Under the pieces are notes generated by a model. The model was not told the origin of the DNA, ran no database searches, and worked only from the letters and a program-made list of their open reading frames with translations. A DNA stretch of 49,822 nucleotides from Phoronis australis (taxonomy: Eukaryota > Animalia > Phoronida). Positions 24,177-36,213 of this stretch are shown here, one piece after another; position 1 is the stretch's first letter; each line of letters begins with the position of its first letter. The stretch covers positions 1 to 49,822 of the forward strand of contig NMRA01001141.1 in NCBI GenBank assembly GCA_002633005.1. The letters run 5' to 3'. The position numbers and the translations under genes were made by a program.

Positions 24177-24890
24177 TTGCCACGTTGTTGCTGCGTGCCG
24201 GGATGTACTCATTATCGGCTCACACGCGCTTTGGGTACCTTGCGTCTCTTTCCGAAGGATGACACACTTCGACGTACTTGGTTAGCTCTTTCATGTGAAG
24301 AATGCAGCGTTACCCGTCCACGCAACGTACAAAGCAATGGAGGGTTACCGAATGTGTGGCAAGCATTTTCTGCCGTCAGATTATGACAGATATGTACGCT
24401 GAATTGATGAACAGTCGCTGTTGATTCCCGGCAGTGCCCCGTCGCCAACCCCGAGGAGTGCGTTTTTGAAGCGAGAGCTGTGGCCACTATATACAGTGAC
24501 TGGAGGCACTTCATCTACTGTTACCCGTGCCTCCGAACGTACCCCATTGCGTGCAATTCCGGGAACTAGCACTGAATCGCCCTGTGCTGTTGTCTCTCGC
24601 CCAGAGCCTGTAAGCAGCCCTGCAGCGATGCTGAGTAGTGGGAGTGAATACAGGCCCAGTTCGACACCCAGTGAAGAGGACAGTTCGTCATCCAATGAAC
24701 AGATCGTTTAGCCTAAGTTTGATAAGGTTATTGTGGACTTGTATTGGAGCTATTTGGAAGGTGCCAGGTGTGTTGCACGGGAGTCACACGGCGGGATGTA
24801 AGCAGTTTTTGTGCTCAGATCATCCTCCAGTGGGAGTGTGTCGCGGGACACTCGGGCAAGTGGGACAGTTCTTCCTCTGTACGTGAGACG
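24177..24890 (+). pseudogene. Kolobok transposase N-terminal remnant (THAP plus Cys/His motif)
   Basis: PRCCCVPGC...LFPKDDTLRRTW; ELFGRCQVC...WECVAGHSGKWDSS. Catalytic region absent. Confidence 0.7.
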
Positions 24891-27039
24891 ATAATGAGTA
24901 CACCCCAGTACGAAGCAACAGCGTGGCATGTTGACTGACTCGTAAGCAAAAGCAAAGGACGACCGAACTTATCACAACCGAGGTAGAACAATGACTGACA
25001 CGACTGCTCTCACAGTCAGACTATATGAAAAGAAATTGGCGCGAAATTCTTGCCTACCAAAACGTCACTTCGGGAGTAGACGACGAGTAATTAATTTAAT
25101 TACGAAAAGCAGTAAATAAGTGAAAAATATGTCTGGGATAATCAACGAGCCTTATTTTTGCTAAAAATGACATGAAAAAAGGTTGCCTTCGCCTAATTTA
25201 AGAGGAGTACAAAATTAACAAGGAGTGGTAATAAGCAAGGAATATACATAAGGCGACTTACACTGTATGCCACATAAGTAAAACATGCATACAGAAATAA
25301 ATATTTATCCGTGTACTCAGAAATACTTACAGACAAGGGAACATCGAACTGAGGTAATGTTAAATGGAAACATCTAGAATCCATGGTAAAACTTTTAACA
25401 TGGAGAGAATAACAATCGATAGACTAGGAAGTTAACCAACAACAAGTGTAACAAGGACTGAGATCGATAATTGCCCCGGAGTGAGAATACCGAAAAGTTT
25501 AGAGGTAGAGCGGTGATGAAAAGTAGCCTGTGCACTGGCAATATAGTTGGTCTTATGATTCAAAATCGGGATGAGTGAAACAAGATACTGGCAATACACT
25601 GTCAGGTGCCCTAGAGTGGAAAATGTTGGTGAGTGAAAAGGACAGTCAATACAGAAAATATTGGTGGGTGACACTGAACACTGCCAACACAGTTGCCCAT
25701 GACATGAAAATAGGTATTGAGATGGACAATGGCCCTTTGATGAAAGGTGAAGTTTGTGAGAGGAACTGGACACGGGCGAAAGAGTTGCCTTTTGATGAGA
25801 AAAAGTGTGATAAAGTTGAGCACTGGCAATATAGCTGCTCGAGACGGAGGGTTAAGGTAATGTGTGAATGGTAACGTTTGTAACGGGGAAGTGTAGGGAT
25901 GAGAGACCAATGCAGTTTCTGAGAGCGTTGAACTTCGAGCGACCCATACTCTGAATGGTCGAGTCAGGGATCTGGAGAGTCGCAGCGGTTGTGGCTGCGC
26001 CAATATGGAAACTGAGATTTTAAGTATTTGGGATCGTTACTGCATTGCTACTTGGCTCAACGGCTACTAATGCAGAGTTCATGGGTTCGATAACGCGCTA
26101 CTGCTGATTTATATAAAACTGTTAAATTTTCTCGTTAAGCAGCAAGAGGCATTTGGGCTTGAAGGCATCCACACTAAATATATTAGCATTCCATATGTTT
26201 TGATGGCCCTCTGGGAAAGCAATACTGTCACTGAAGGGGTCACCCTCATTTTAAATATAACAATAAATAAAAAATATATAATAAATAAATATACTTAAAA
26301 TGAAGCTTTTGATGATACCGGTAATAGAAAACGTTCAATCTGGCTGGGACATTGGCTGTGTAATTTAGTTGTTTCTGACTTCTCCTTTGAAAATCTTCCT
26401 CACTTTGTTACAACGATTAATACCATTCCAACTGCAAAATGTATTACAGTGTTATCACAAACTTACCAAAATTGCCCAGAAGAACATGATTTGCCACCAA
26501 AGACGACTCGATCACGGAGACGCAATATATTATTTCTCTAGCTATTTATAATGAACACGCAAACAATGACGGGACGTGATTGGATGAAACGTTTTTTTTA
26601 TTTTTACAGTAAGTTACGCTAACTGAACAGGGTACGTTACGTCACCTATTTGCGGAGGTGGTTTTAGTCAATTCCGCACATTTGAGTTCACATGCCTCAT
26701 ACTACACTAAATGTCCCAAATAGGTGTCCTAATAGTTTCCCTCTCACTCCATTAGAATGTAAGGCTTACTTGAGTTACGTGTGAGCAAAGCACCACAAAA
26801 TGTTGCTTCGTTTGCAGTGCACCGTGCTGTATGGGGTATTTTTACTACGCTTGAGCGTTTCCTCCTTCACTAACTTGGATGACGGAGGTAGATATTAGTA
26901 AACACTGAGTTTCGCCAATTTTTAATGAAATTGGGGTAGTTAAATTAAACCTTGACTCAAAAATCTATTTAGTGCTACCAAATTCACGTTCGACTGACTC
27001 CGAACTAGGTCCACGAATTAAGCAATAACAGCTCATTCT

Positions 27040-27260
27040 TTTAAATGACTTATTCTTACAGAAATGTCAAAGATAAGAAATCCAATTTTGGGTGTCAAAA
27101 GTGGGGTTACCGATAAGAAGCTCCGCCTGACAGCAGCTGAAGAGCAGGGGGAATCACTACTTATATAGGTGCGCCCGCTCTTCAGGTGGAGGACCCACGT
27201 TGGAGGCTCGAAATTGAATGTCTTGCCTATGACATTTCAATAAGAATAAGTCATTTGAAA
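27040..27260. mobile_element. Fold-back/MITE-like element
   Basis: Inverted repeat AAATGACTTATTCTTA..GAAATGTCA / TGACATTTC..TAAGAATAAGTCATTT, with inner hairpin CTGAAGAGC...GCTCTTCAG. Confidence 0.6.
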
Positions 27261-27562
27261 TAATAAAACATTTTACGTTCTCAGAAAATATAATAAGATA
27301 AAAGGTCATTCATTATGAGTATGAGTAAGATAAAGAAGTACAATAGAAAATCACAAAAAATGGTATAGACTGGGAAGATGAGCGGTCAAAAGCGCCAGGT
27401 TACCATTAAACAAAATATACAAAAATACACAAAAAGGCAAAAAATGCATAGAGTAATAGGATATTGAGGTAAAACTAGAGGTGGGAATGGGAACGATAAT
27501 AATTTGCGAGAAAAAATTGAGAATGTGTATCAGCTGAGGAGGGATAAAGGAGACCTGCTTCC

Positions 27563-27703
27563 CGTTCAGTAACACTAGGACCTCGCTAAAAAGCAAGACT
27601 TCGCGAGATTACGTGAGATATCGCCGTGCATTTTAATTAAGAACACTTGACTTTGATTAGGTTTTAGCTAGGTCCTATCGTAGGTCCTAGCGTCTACTGA
27701 ACG
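27563..27703. mobile_element. MITE (family of 14062-14200)
   Basis: CGTTCAGTA..CTAGGACCT / AGGTCCTAG..TACTGAACG termini and shared internal sequence. Confidence 0.7.
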
Positions 27704-29528
27704 CAAGCCTGGATTGAGTTTAGTAGCTGTCGCGCGGCGAGAGGGCAAACAAAGGGACCGTGTGGTAAGAATACGATTAAAAGGAAGAACGGATATGGAT
27801 GTAGAAAAGTTCAAATGTGAATTGATCAGTTCGTGACATAGGGGTGAATGGTTGATTGGCACTAGAGAATAAAAAAGTAAACGGAAGTTCATGTGCTCAC
27901 ATATACATATGTAACAAGCGAAATACCATTTATGTTTGAGTGACTCGTGTGTCATGGAAAAACAGGAAACCCTGGTGGGTTCACGAAGAAGACTCGTTCC
28001 CAAATATTAAAACAAGGAGCACGTAGACGATAAAAGGACATTTTTATGACGATGAATAAGAGAAGAGAGTACAATGGAAAAAGATAGAATAAACAGGAAA
28101 ATTACAAAAATGTAATACACAGTGAGAAGATGGCAAACAAAAGCACCACAAGGGACGCTCTGGTCCATAATGCTATTTTGAGACTTGTGAGGTATTGATA
28201 AATAGCGAACTATTTAGAAAATAACGTGTTATTTAAAGGAGTAGGAAACTATTTCTAGAAATTTGCAATAAAAAATTTTGAATGCTAAATACAGGAACTT
28301 AAGTAAAACCCTTTAATTTAACTAAATCGTGAACTATGAATTTGCAATAAATTTACAAATGGTACTCCATGGAACAACGTCACGTGGGATGATGGTGGGA
28401 TGTTGTTAACATTCAGCGAACAATTTTTCATCTAATTGACCAATGGAAATAACTTACTATTTAGTTACCAAAATTGGTGTCTTTGTGTACTGCAGTGGCA
28501 ATAACTAATCAGCTTTTTAAAATAAATAACGGGGTTGTATAGTTCCATCAGCTGCACATTATTACATTAACAACACCTAAGGAGCTTAACATTATCACTG
28601 GCCATCCATCAAACGTGTTATGACGGTGTTTCCTCGTACCAGGAAATTTAACGAAAACAAAGTGTTAAAAGCATCTTCCCTGCTCACTGAATTAAATCCC
28701 AGACTTAGAATCATTTTTGTCCCTGTTATGTTTGCCTTATTTTACACCAAGTGTTTTTTATTACGGTAAATTAATTCATTTAATATGCACAATTCTGTCT
28801 CGACGTGCTTGGTTGGTGAGTTAGAAAATAGTCTCCCAGCAAACCATGCAAGAAATATTACAATAAAATCACACCATAAATAAGATTTTAAGCAGACTTA
28901 GACAGACATATTTTCCCCTCGCCCTAACGTAAGTAGGCTGGTTTGTTGATAAAAAATGTAAACCTGAATAAAAATCCATTTTGTTTAATAAATCGTTTAC
29001 TTTTCCACTTTCAAAGGTTTCTTCTCGTTTATTTTTCTTACAAAGGTATTATTGCACACATACTTTACGGTCGGTGACGTGTAATTTTTTGCATGAAATC
29101 AGGTCAACCGCTACAGAGTGGAGCCTGTTCCAACTGATACAGTGCGTTTCTCAGTTCTACTAAGAGTTGCATTTTCATAACCGATATTGTCCAAAAGAGT
29201 CACTGTTCACGGTGAATATTTAAAAAAGAATAAAAATGCGCAGCCTATCTTTGTCATTTAAATGTACTGATCAATTATTTTATTTTTGAAAAAAATCGCA
29301 AAAACTGGTTATTCGGCCGAAAAATCAATAACGTACTTATAATATACAAAATTTGAAAACAAACTACATAAACGTTGCTGGCCGGTATTAATGCCATTAA
29401 ACACAAGTGTACCTTGCCTTGGACTGTTTTAACGTGTTACAAAGTCCATAACCTATCAGCTCTGCACTGAAACTTGGTGTGTTATAACTTTACCCAAATA
29501 AAGATCGGACTATATTGGCAGATCTGGT

Positions 29529-29634
29529 AGATTTGTCGCGCGTGAACTTAGAATAGACAGTGGAGCAAATACCGTAGAGAGGCTTCTTTGAGTGAACTCA
29601 GAATAAACTTCTATCCCAAGTTCACGCGACATCT
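29529..29634. repeat. Short inverted-repeat element
   Basis: TGTCGCGCGTGAACTTAGAATAGA / TCTATCCCAAGTTCACGCGACA. Confidence 0.6.
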
Positions 29635-30879
29635 TGTGTGTAAGCTAAGAAAATAGTCGTCGTGAGCAGAAAGGCACTGGTTGACATAAACACTAAGCCT
29701 ATATAGCTTGCTTGTCGTGAGTAAGTGTTTCTGTTTCAATTATTACTATTATTCGTTTTGTATGTTATTCCGGATTGTGGAATGTATGTGTAACGTATCT
29801 TTCTTCTCTCCTTGTCTCTCTTTGACTACTCCAATAAAACCGCGGTGCGTAGTCCTAGAGATAGCAACTCATTAAAAGTCGTTTTTTGTCGTGGCATAGC
29901 CAGAAGTATTCAACAGAGCAAACATAAAGTTGGTGACGGAGGGAGAGGGTGGGCGCTGAAGTGAGTGGTAATCTGGTGGCACTTTGCAATGACGTGGATG
30001 AAGAATAAAGTGGCAAAATAGCAATTTTAAAAATACTAATTTTATGTTACCTGAATATTAGTTTTTCATTGGTATGCAGCATGATGTCAACAGGTGTAAA
30101 TGTTGTAGACACTTGCTATAGAGCACAACTTTCTCGAACATAAATGATATTTCAACTCTTAGGTTTTGAAGGGTGGTGATTGGACCTTGTATGATCGAAA
30201 GTATTTTTCGGTGTTTTTGCGTGTTCTCTGGTGCAGACTGACATAGCAATACACATTAGCGCGTAAATACTTTGCGATACACATCACAGCCTCATCGAAA
30301 TAATACTGGGTGGTTCACTTGTTTTTGCACAATATATTTCACAAATCACTGTCCAGCATTCGCTACAAGAAAATCAACCTCGTACGACTGACTCAAGCAG
30401 CATATGAGTTCACTGCATTCACGCAGTCGCCTTTTTAGGTTTTAAAAACAATGCATTCTGCTCTTAATCACAGCGCAAAGTGTGATTTTTGCTTGTCTCG
30501 TTTTATTTATGTCTCAAATAAATTGTTTTTAAACCTTAAAGAGGCTCACTACTAAAATGACGACTGCGTGAATAAGGTCTGTATGTATCTTTTCTGGGTT
30601 GTCTAGAAATCTGAAGACAACTGAATTGAATCTTGATGGCATAATGTTTGATGCAAATATGCCCCGCATTTGAGTGAGGAGGATACGGAGGTAATGACAA
30701 ATATAAATTGTGCACAAACATGAAAAGCCTATTTTCTGTGACTAGCTTGCTCAAAAACTTAGGATTGAATTGTTTTGAATGAAACTGAAGTTCCATAAAA
30801 AGTCAAACATTTTACAAAAGCCCTGAAAATACTGCTTTAAGCGCTGCTTAAACTTCGAATCATGCAGAAAACGATCGTG

Positions 30880-31710
30880 TTACGTATACTCTCGACAACA
30901 GATTGCTTTATGGATGACCAGAGCGGTAAAAATATTAACAACACCTTCTGTCGTTTTTTGGAGTCCAAGAGCAAGTCCTTCGAAGACAGAATGGAATGAC
31001 AGGGCCAACAGAAGCAACATAGATCGGATAACCGAGTGAGAACTCAGATCTGCATGAACTGAGAAGTCATCATGTAAATGGCTGTGCCCGTGGTCATGGT
31101 GTCCGTGGCCATGGTGACCGCGGTGGTGTTCCTCTGAGATCACAACGTCTAAGTTGGATTCGGCTAGAGTTAAATCTTGATCTAAGTCGGGAGAGACCGG
31201 GCGTGAAGGTTTCTCCTGGTGTATGATTGGTCGATCACAGATTCCAACGGAGAGAGCGCGGTCAGACTGATACGATAATGATGCAATGGAACTCTTTCTT
31301 GAGGACGCTCTACTCGCACTTGGCAATAAGGGTTCCTTCTCTGCTTCAACACTGCCCTGGTGTTCTTTCGCGTATAAGACGAGTTGTTCAATGAGTAATA
31401 TTAGGAACAGTCCAAACACCATTACGAATTCCGCAAACGGGAATGACGTCACCACTTGGTACTGATCAAATGCTTCATTGACTTGCTCTCGCACATGGGG
31501 AAACAAGTCAAGAAAACAGGTAGCAAGAAACACGCCACCCGCGAAACATGAGCAAAAACTGATTGCTGTATAATATCTATGCTGCTTGTTGCTGTCGGTT
31601 GTGTTTTTTATGACGCTTATGAACTTGACGGGTATCAAGCTGAAGCCGAACGTAACAACGAAGAGCGCACACAGGACCAGGACTTTTGTTATCCACACTT
31701 CGAGCGCCAT
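30880..31710 (-). CDS. ZIP1/ZIP3-type (SLC39A subfamily II) zinc transporter, C-terminally truncated or interrupted in TM5
   Basis: SCFAGGVFLATCFLDLFP, FPFAEF, His-rich loop, LLLALSFHSVFEGLALGLQ, HKAI. Homology ends at ~30901. Splice acceptor ttgcatttcag upstream (exon start 31761). Confidence 0.85.
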   Translation of the reverse strand: MALEVWITKVLVLCALFVVTFGFSLIPVKFISVIKNTTDSNKQHRYYTAISFCSCFAGGVFLATCFLDLFPHVREQVNEAFDQYQVVTSFPFAEFVMVFGLFLILLIEQLVLYAKEHQGSVEAEKEPLLPSASRASSRKSSIASLSYQSDRALSVGICDRPIIHQEKPSRPVSPDLDQDLTLAESNLDVVISEEHHRGHHGHGHHDHGHSHLHDDFSVHADLSSHSVIRSMLLLLALSFHSVFEGLALGLQKTTEGVVNIFTALVIHKAICCREYT

Positions 31711-32318
31711 CTTTTTTCTTCATTTGTAGATTTTATTTTTCAAGTCCTCCAATATCCCTTCCTGAAATGCAAAGTTTAAACGAATGAAAAGACACGAAAT
31801 CACACACCTTTTGTGTATGAAGTTGAAATAACCAGCTACGATACTGATACGTCCAATGTGTAGCCTGTCGAAGCAGGTTCAATAAATATGATTTGCTTGT
31901 GCTTGTCAACTTGCTGCGAAACAGAAACGTCCATTAGTTTGGCTTTAGGTTTCATTTTATTCAATCTAGTGATACCCTACTTAATATTAAAAATAATCTA
32001 AATAAACGTCATTTTCGACCTTAGCCACAACGAAAAGTTTAACAGCGACTTGAAAACAGTAAGCTCGTGACACGCACACGCGCCATTGGCAATTTTTTCG
32101 ACATCTTTAGGGCGATAATTACAGCTTCACCGAAGAAACCATTTCTCAGAAATTCAGTATACACTAAAAACCTATAAAGAATTGACACCATAGAATAGTA
32201 GACCGGGAATGCTAACTTCGATATCGTGCCACTAAGGTTGCGCCGAGCATGCTTGGGATTTGTTCGCATTCGCTTTGTTCCGTTGTCGGTTCTTGCTATG
32301 GAATAAAGGGCTTAGGTG

Positions 32319-33235
32319 CATAGGCGGATTTAGGGGGGGCAAGGGACCCTTGACAGCAAGAGCGCAGGAAATGTTGAGTTTATTAATTAATCCCGGTAAT
32401 TAACATTATACGGCTGAAACAAGATNATTTCAAGTATCAAATTCGGAACACGGCGCAATCGTAACGGAACTATGGCTAAGTATAGAGTATAGGCTCTCCC
32501 GCGATATCTCAAACGACCGGCAGTGGCGCTGCGCACTACGACTCCGTTTCCGTCGTCTGCTTCACTGTGCAATGAAGAAAATTACTTCATTTTTAAAGAA
32601 AATGGAATCTGAGTGACAATGAAAAAACTGCTGGTAAGATGTGAATTTTAATCGAAAACTTAGAGAATCACTCAGAAACTCATAATTCTCTCTTTGACAA
32701 ATCTTAACTTAAGACGATTTCCAAAGCAATCGCTTCATTATTACCAACACAAAAAACGGATTTGGTATTTTGAGCAATTGAAGACTATTTTAAATACAAC
32801 AAACTTGTTACGAACTAATTGCACAAAATAAAAAAGTGTAATAAATATTACAAAATGAAGTAGGTTTCGCGCACAAACGCTGTGCACCATAAACAAAAAG
32901 GTCTCTTAGAATCAATGTGCGAGTGAAGTCGTGATGGTGCAGTGGTTAAGATCGCGCGTTCTATCCGCCAGGTCGTGAGTTCGAGTCTAACACTTTCAAG
33001 TTTGACACATTCTGTTTTTTTTTTCTTTTGCCTTTTTTGATAATACTTCAGGAATCAAGGAAAATGCTTGATTTTTAAAGAAAAAAACAAAAAAAAAATT
33101 CCTGGCGGGAGGAGGGCAAACCCCCCTCCCGACCTCCCCCCATTCGGTGCTATGCGCATCTACAATCGTGCTTTGCGCAAATGTTTACAGACAAAATGTT
33201 GGCCCTCCCCTTGTGATATCCTAGACCTGCCACTG
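32319..33235 (+). mobile_element. hAT-like non-autonomous element with internal tRNA-like boxes (uninterrupted copy)
   Basis: Starts CATAGGCGGATTTAG, ends CTAGACCTGCCACTG. Colinear with 40577-40819 plus 45100-45690. No TSD seen. Confidence 0.7.
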
Positions 33236-34433
33236 AGCTGGAATTTTTGCTTGATACAAACGAAGTAAGTTTAGAGCCATAGACAACATAATACTATGAT
33301 GTCTATGTTTAGAACACAGGCGCTAGTAGTCCAGTCATTCTAGGGCTCCAGAGGGCCCAACCTAGAAAAAATTGCAACAGAAGGTTTTTTTGCATAAATG
33401 GCATCTTCAAACATCCCTTGGTGTCAGAAAAAAAATCTACCGAAATCGGAGTGGCGGAAGTCGGTTTTGCAAGATGGCGGACAAAATGGCCGACAAAACC
33501 GGTGATTACTGTTTTCTGGCATATTACTCTTATGTAACAGCTAAAAATAAAACAATAAAGTTTGTCATTGATTATATACTTTTCATAACAGGCATACCAA
33601 TCAAAAGATGCCAATTTTCCGTAAAATAAAACCAATATGGCCGACAAAATGGCGGCCGAAACGGCAATTTGGTACATGTTGCAAGATTTCTTTTTATATT
33701 TTGCCCTGAAAATGGCAAAAGTTTTATTCTTTTGTAAGTTAGACAATTGAAAATATCTGGACCTTACAATTGGTCACTGGTTTGCGAGAAAAAATTCAAG
33801 ATGGCTGACAAAATGGCCGCCAAAATGGCTGCCAATTCACAAACCCTAATTTACCGCATTTACGTTCTGCAAACTTTGTTTGTAACCTGATACGCATTTA
33901 CACAAAAACATTTTACAATCTACAGTCAGGGTTAATGAGTTGATTGTTTCTATAATTTGTTTTTAAGATTTATATACTAAATGTGGAATTTTAATCACAT
34001 TTTAGATTACATAACATAAAAGTTGGTGTGTTTTTCAGAAAAGGCTTTAGTTAAATTTTCATAATAAATTACACAAACCCAATTATTTTTCTGTAAAATA
34101 TGTTGTTTGAGGTATCAAAAATAACATTTGTTAGAAAAATATGTTATTCTGGTGGAGTTATTGGCTTATTCATTATACAAACCCTTAATAAAATTGGGCA
34201 GGAAGTGGCTTTTTTCTCTGCTATTGGAGATATTATTAGTTGTTCCCAAGCAACGATTTCGTCTGCTGCTGGCATGTATTGAGAATTGGCTGCTGATTTC
34301 ACCTGAATTTGATGAAAAGCAAATAGGATTGTGTAACAAAAAGTTATTGATTAAATTTTAATAGTTAGGACCCACAATTTGTTTAATATGCATGCTTTTT
34401 ATGAACATAGGTAACTGATTTTAGAGGAAATTA

Positions 34434-36213
34434 GTGCCTGCAAACAAAACGATAGTGATCTGCAGTCACTTGTTCTTAGCCAGGCTTGGAAGATTTCATA
34501 CTGAGATGAGCTTTCTGGAATGTATTGGATACATAATGTCAAGCACAGGGCTTCAAGGAGTTCTTGAGACGGTGTATGCATCAGACAGTGTGATCCTTAT
34601 GTTAAATGGAAAAAGTGTGGATAGAGCAGTGAGGGGACATATGTTGGTAGACTCAGCACTGAATTCTATCATAAAAGCCAGAGCATTCAACATCCCACTT
34701 CCAAATATTGACAGATCAAGTAACGCCAATCCAAAACCAATGAAGAAAGAAAGTCAGGTTCTTCAGAAATTCCAGCAGTCTGGAATGTCACCAACACAGA
34801 ACACACAGATTACATGCCAAGAGGTGGAGCAGTTCTATGCTTGTACACAAATTTTGGCTCGTCAGAATATGGAGACAGATTCTTCAGACATCTCAGACAT
34901 CCCAACTGATCACATAACTAGATGTATACTATGGGGCATGCCATGTCCAGTCAGTGTCTTCCGATTCTGAACCTTGGATTACAGTGGAATGCCCTCACGA
35001 GAGCTCACTTCTGGTTTCCGACCTACTGCCAATGGTATATTCAAACACGTCTGAATCAGAGTATAGGTCTTCAGGGCCCGGTCTCCAATCTATTTACTCG
35101 AAATGGAACTCGAAATTATGTTTGGCATTTTCTACTCTACTTTTGGGCGAACTCAAGATAAGTGCCTATTATTCTATGCTCGAGTACACAAGAACTTACG
35201 TAGACAATTTATTGCCCTTAGTTCACAGTTTGTAAACCCAATATTAAAGCAATAAGTTCGAGTTTGAACTCGAAATTTCGAGTTTTTACTCGAGTTTGTA
35301 GCACGAATATAAGGGTCTTCAAGGGCAAACTTGAATTAGAAACTCCTATGCATAAACTATAATGTATTTGAGCACAGTCTGATAACCAATTATCTTAAGT
35401 TTGTACAAAAGGAGCACAGAAATTGCCAAAAATAGTTTCAAGTTCGTTTCGAGTACAAAGATTAGAGACCGGGGCCAGAATTCACAGTGGCAGAGAATAG
35501 TTCGTCAGAAGAATCAATGGCCAATGATATTCTTCATGATGATTTGAGAGCTGGTCTGAAGCGGTATGATGATCTTATTGCTGGCATGACGTCTGTTTCC
35601 GACGACGTATGCTCGTCCGAGTGTCTTGTGGGTATTCATAAAAAATCAAAGCACATAAATCAGACTTGTCCATGCAAAGTCCAATCATTAGTCTTTGACT
35701 ACAGTATATGAAGATGATTGACATCCTTCGAATTTTTAAAAGCAGAAATAACGTCAGATTGGGAGCTTCACCTAAAAGCAGTTTCTGAAATGCTGCCTTA
35801 CTTTGCAGCTGCTGGTCACAACTCTTATGCAAAATCTTCACACATACACTTGACTGAAGGAGACGTAGCAACTCAAAGACACCTGTCCAGACGTCAACGG
35901 CCAACAAACCATAAGACAAATTGACAGATTCTGGGCAGGCTTGTCATAATGAGATATGATCTTGTAATTGAACAAATGCTCATGAAAAGTATTAAAACAA
36001 CAGGAGGTTTAACTAGAGGTTGCGAAATGGGAGATACACAGAGTGCATCGTGGCTGCTTTCCTTGCCGGCATGCTCAAGTATAAATGGTGCCATGCAGAC
36101 TGTGACAAACTTAAGTTGTGAAACAAGTCAGCACCATAAAGAATGTACCCAGGCAAGACAGTTGCATGATGACAAAGACATCCGCAGCATTGTTGAATTC
36201 CTCCACAACAGTA
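34434..36213 (+). pseudogene. Academ-like transposase remnant
   Basis: LGRFHTEMSFLECIG...GKSVDRAVRGH; DWELHLKAVSEMLPYFAAAGHNSYAKS; DLVIEQMLMKSIKTTGGLTRG. Frameshifted. Family assignment is from recalled motifs plus TIR/TSD type. Confidence 0.72.
35075..35475. mobile_element. PIF/Harbinger-type MITE nested in the Academ transposase
   Basis: TIR GGCCCGGTCTC...TACTCGAAA / TTTCGAGTA...GAGACCGGGGC (~55 bp); 3-bp TSD CAG. Confidence 0.8.

Larger units (their letters stand above)
16996..25194 (+). mobile_element. Degenerate Kolobok-type DNA transposon (outer element of triple nest)
   Basis: TTAA|AGGCGAAGGCAACC ... GGTTGCCTTCGCCT (right TTAA offset by 3 nt). ~280-bp TIRs: left 16996-17168 plus 24086-24191 (split by insertion), right 24915-25194. 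THAP and CxxC...CxxGHxxxWxS remnants. Confidence 0.82.

Noticed and set aside
26016-26045. LINE RT fragment DFKYLGSL
   Set aside because: Only about 8 residues, with no flanking RT similarity visible.
27133-27215. Hammerhead ribozyme (CTGAAGA...GAAA) of Penelope type
   Set aside because: Stem II does not pair beyond one base and stems I/III are not evident; better explained as the inner hairpin of a fold-back element.
25432-28130. Purine-skewed region with several 80-130 aa ORFs, possibly a decayed retroelement
   Set aside because: No recognisable domain motifs or termini; cannot be supported by eye.
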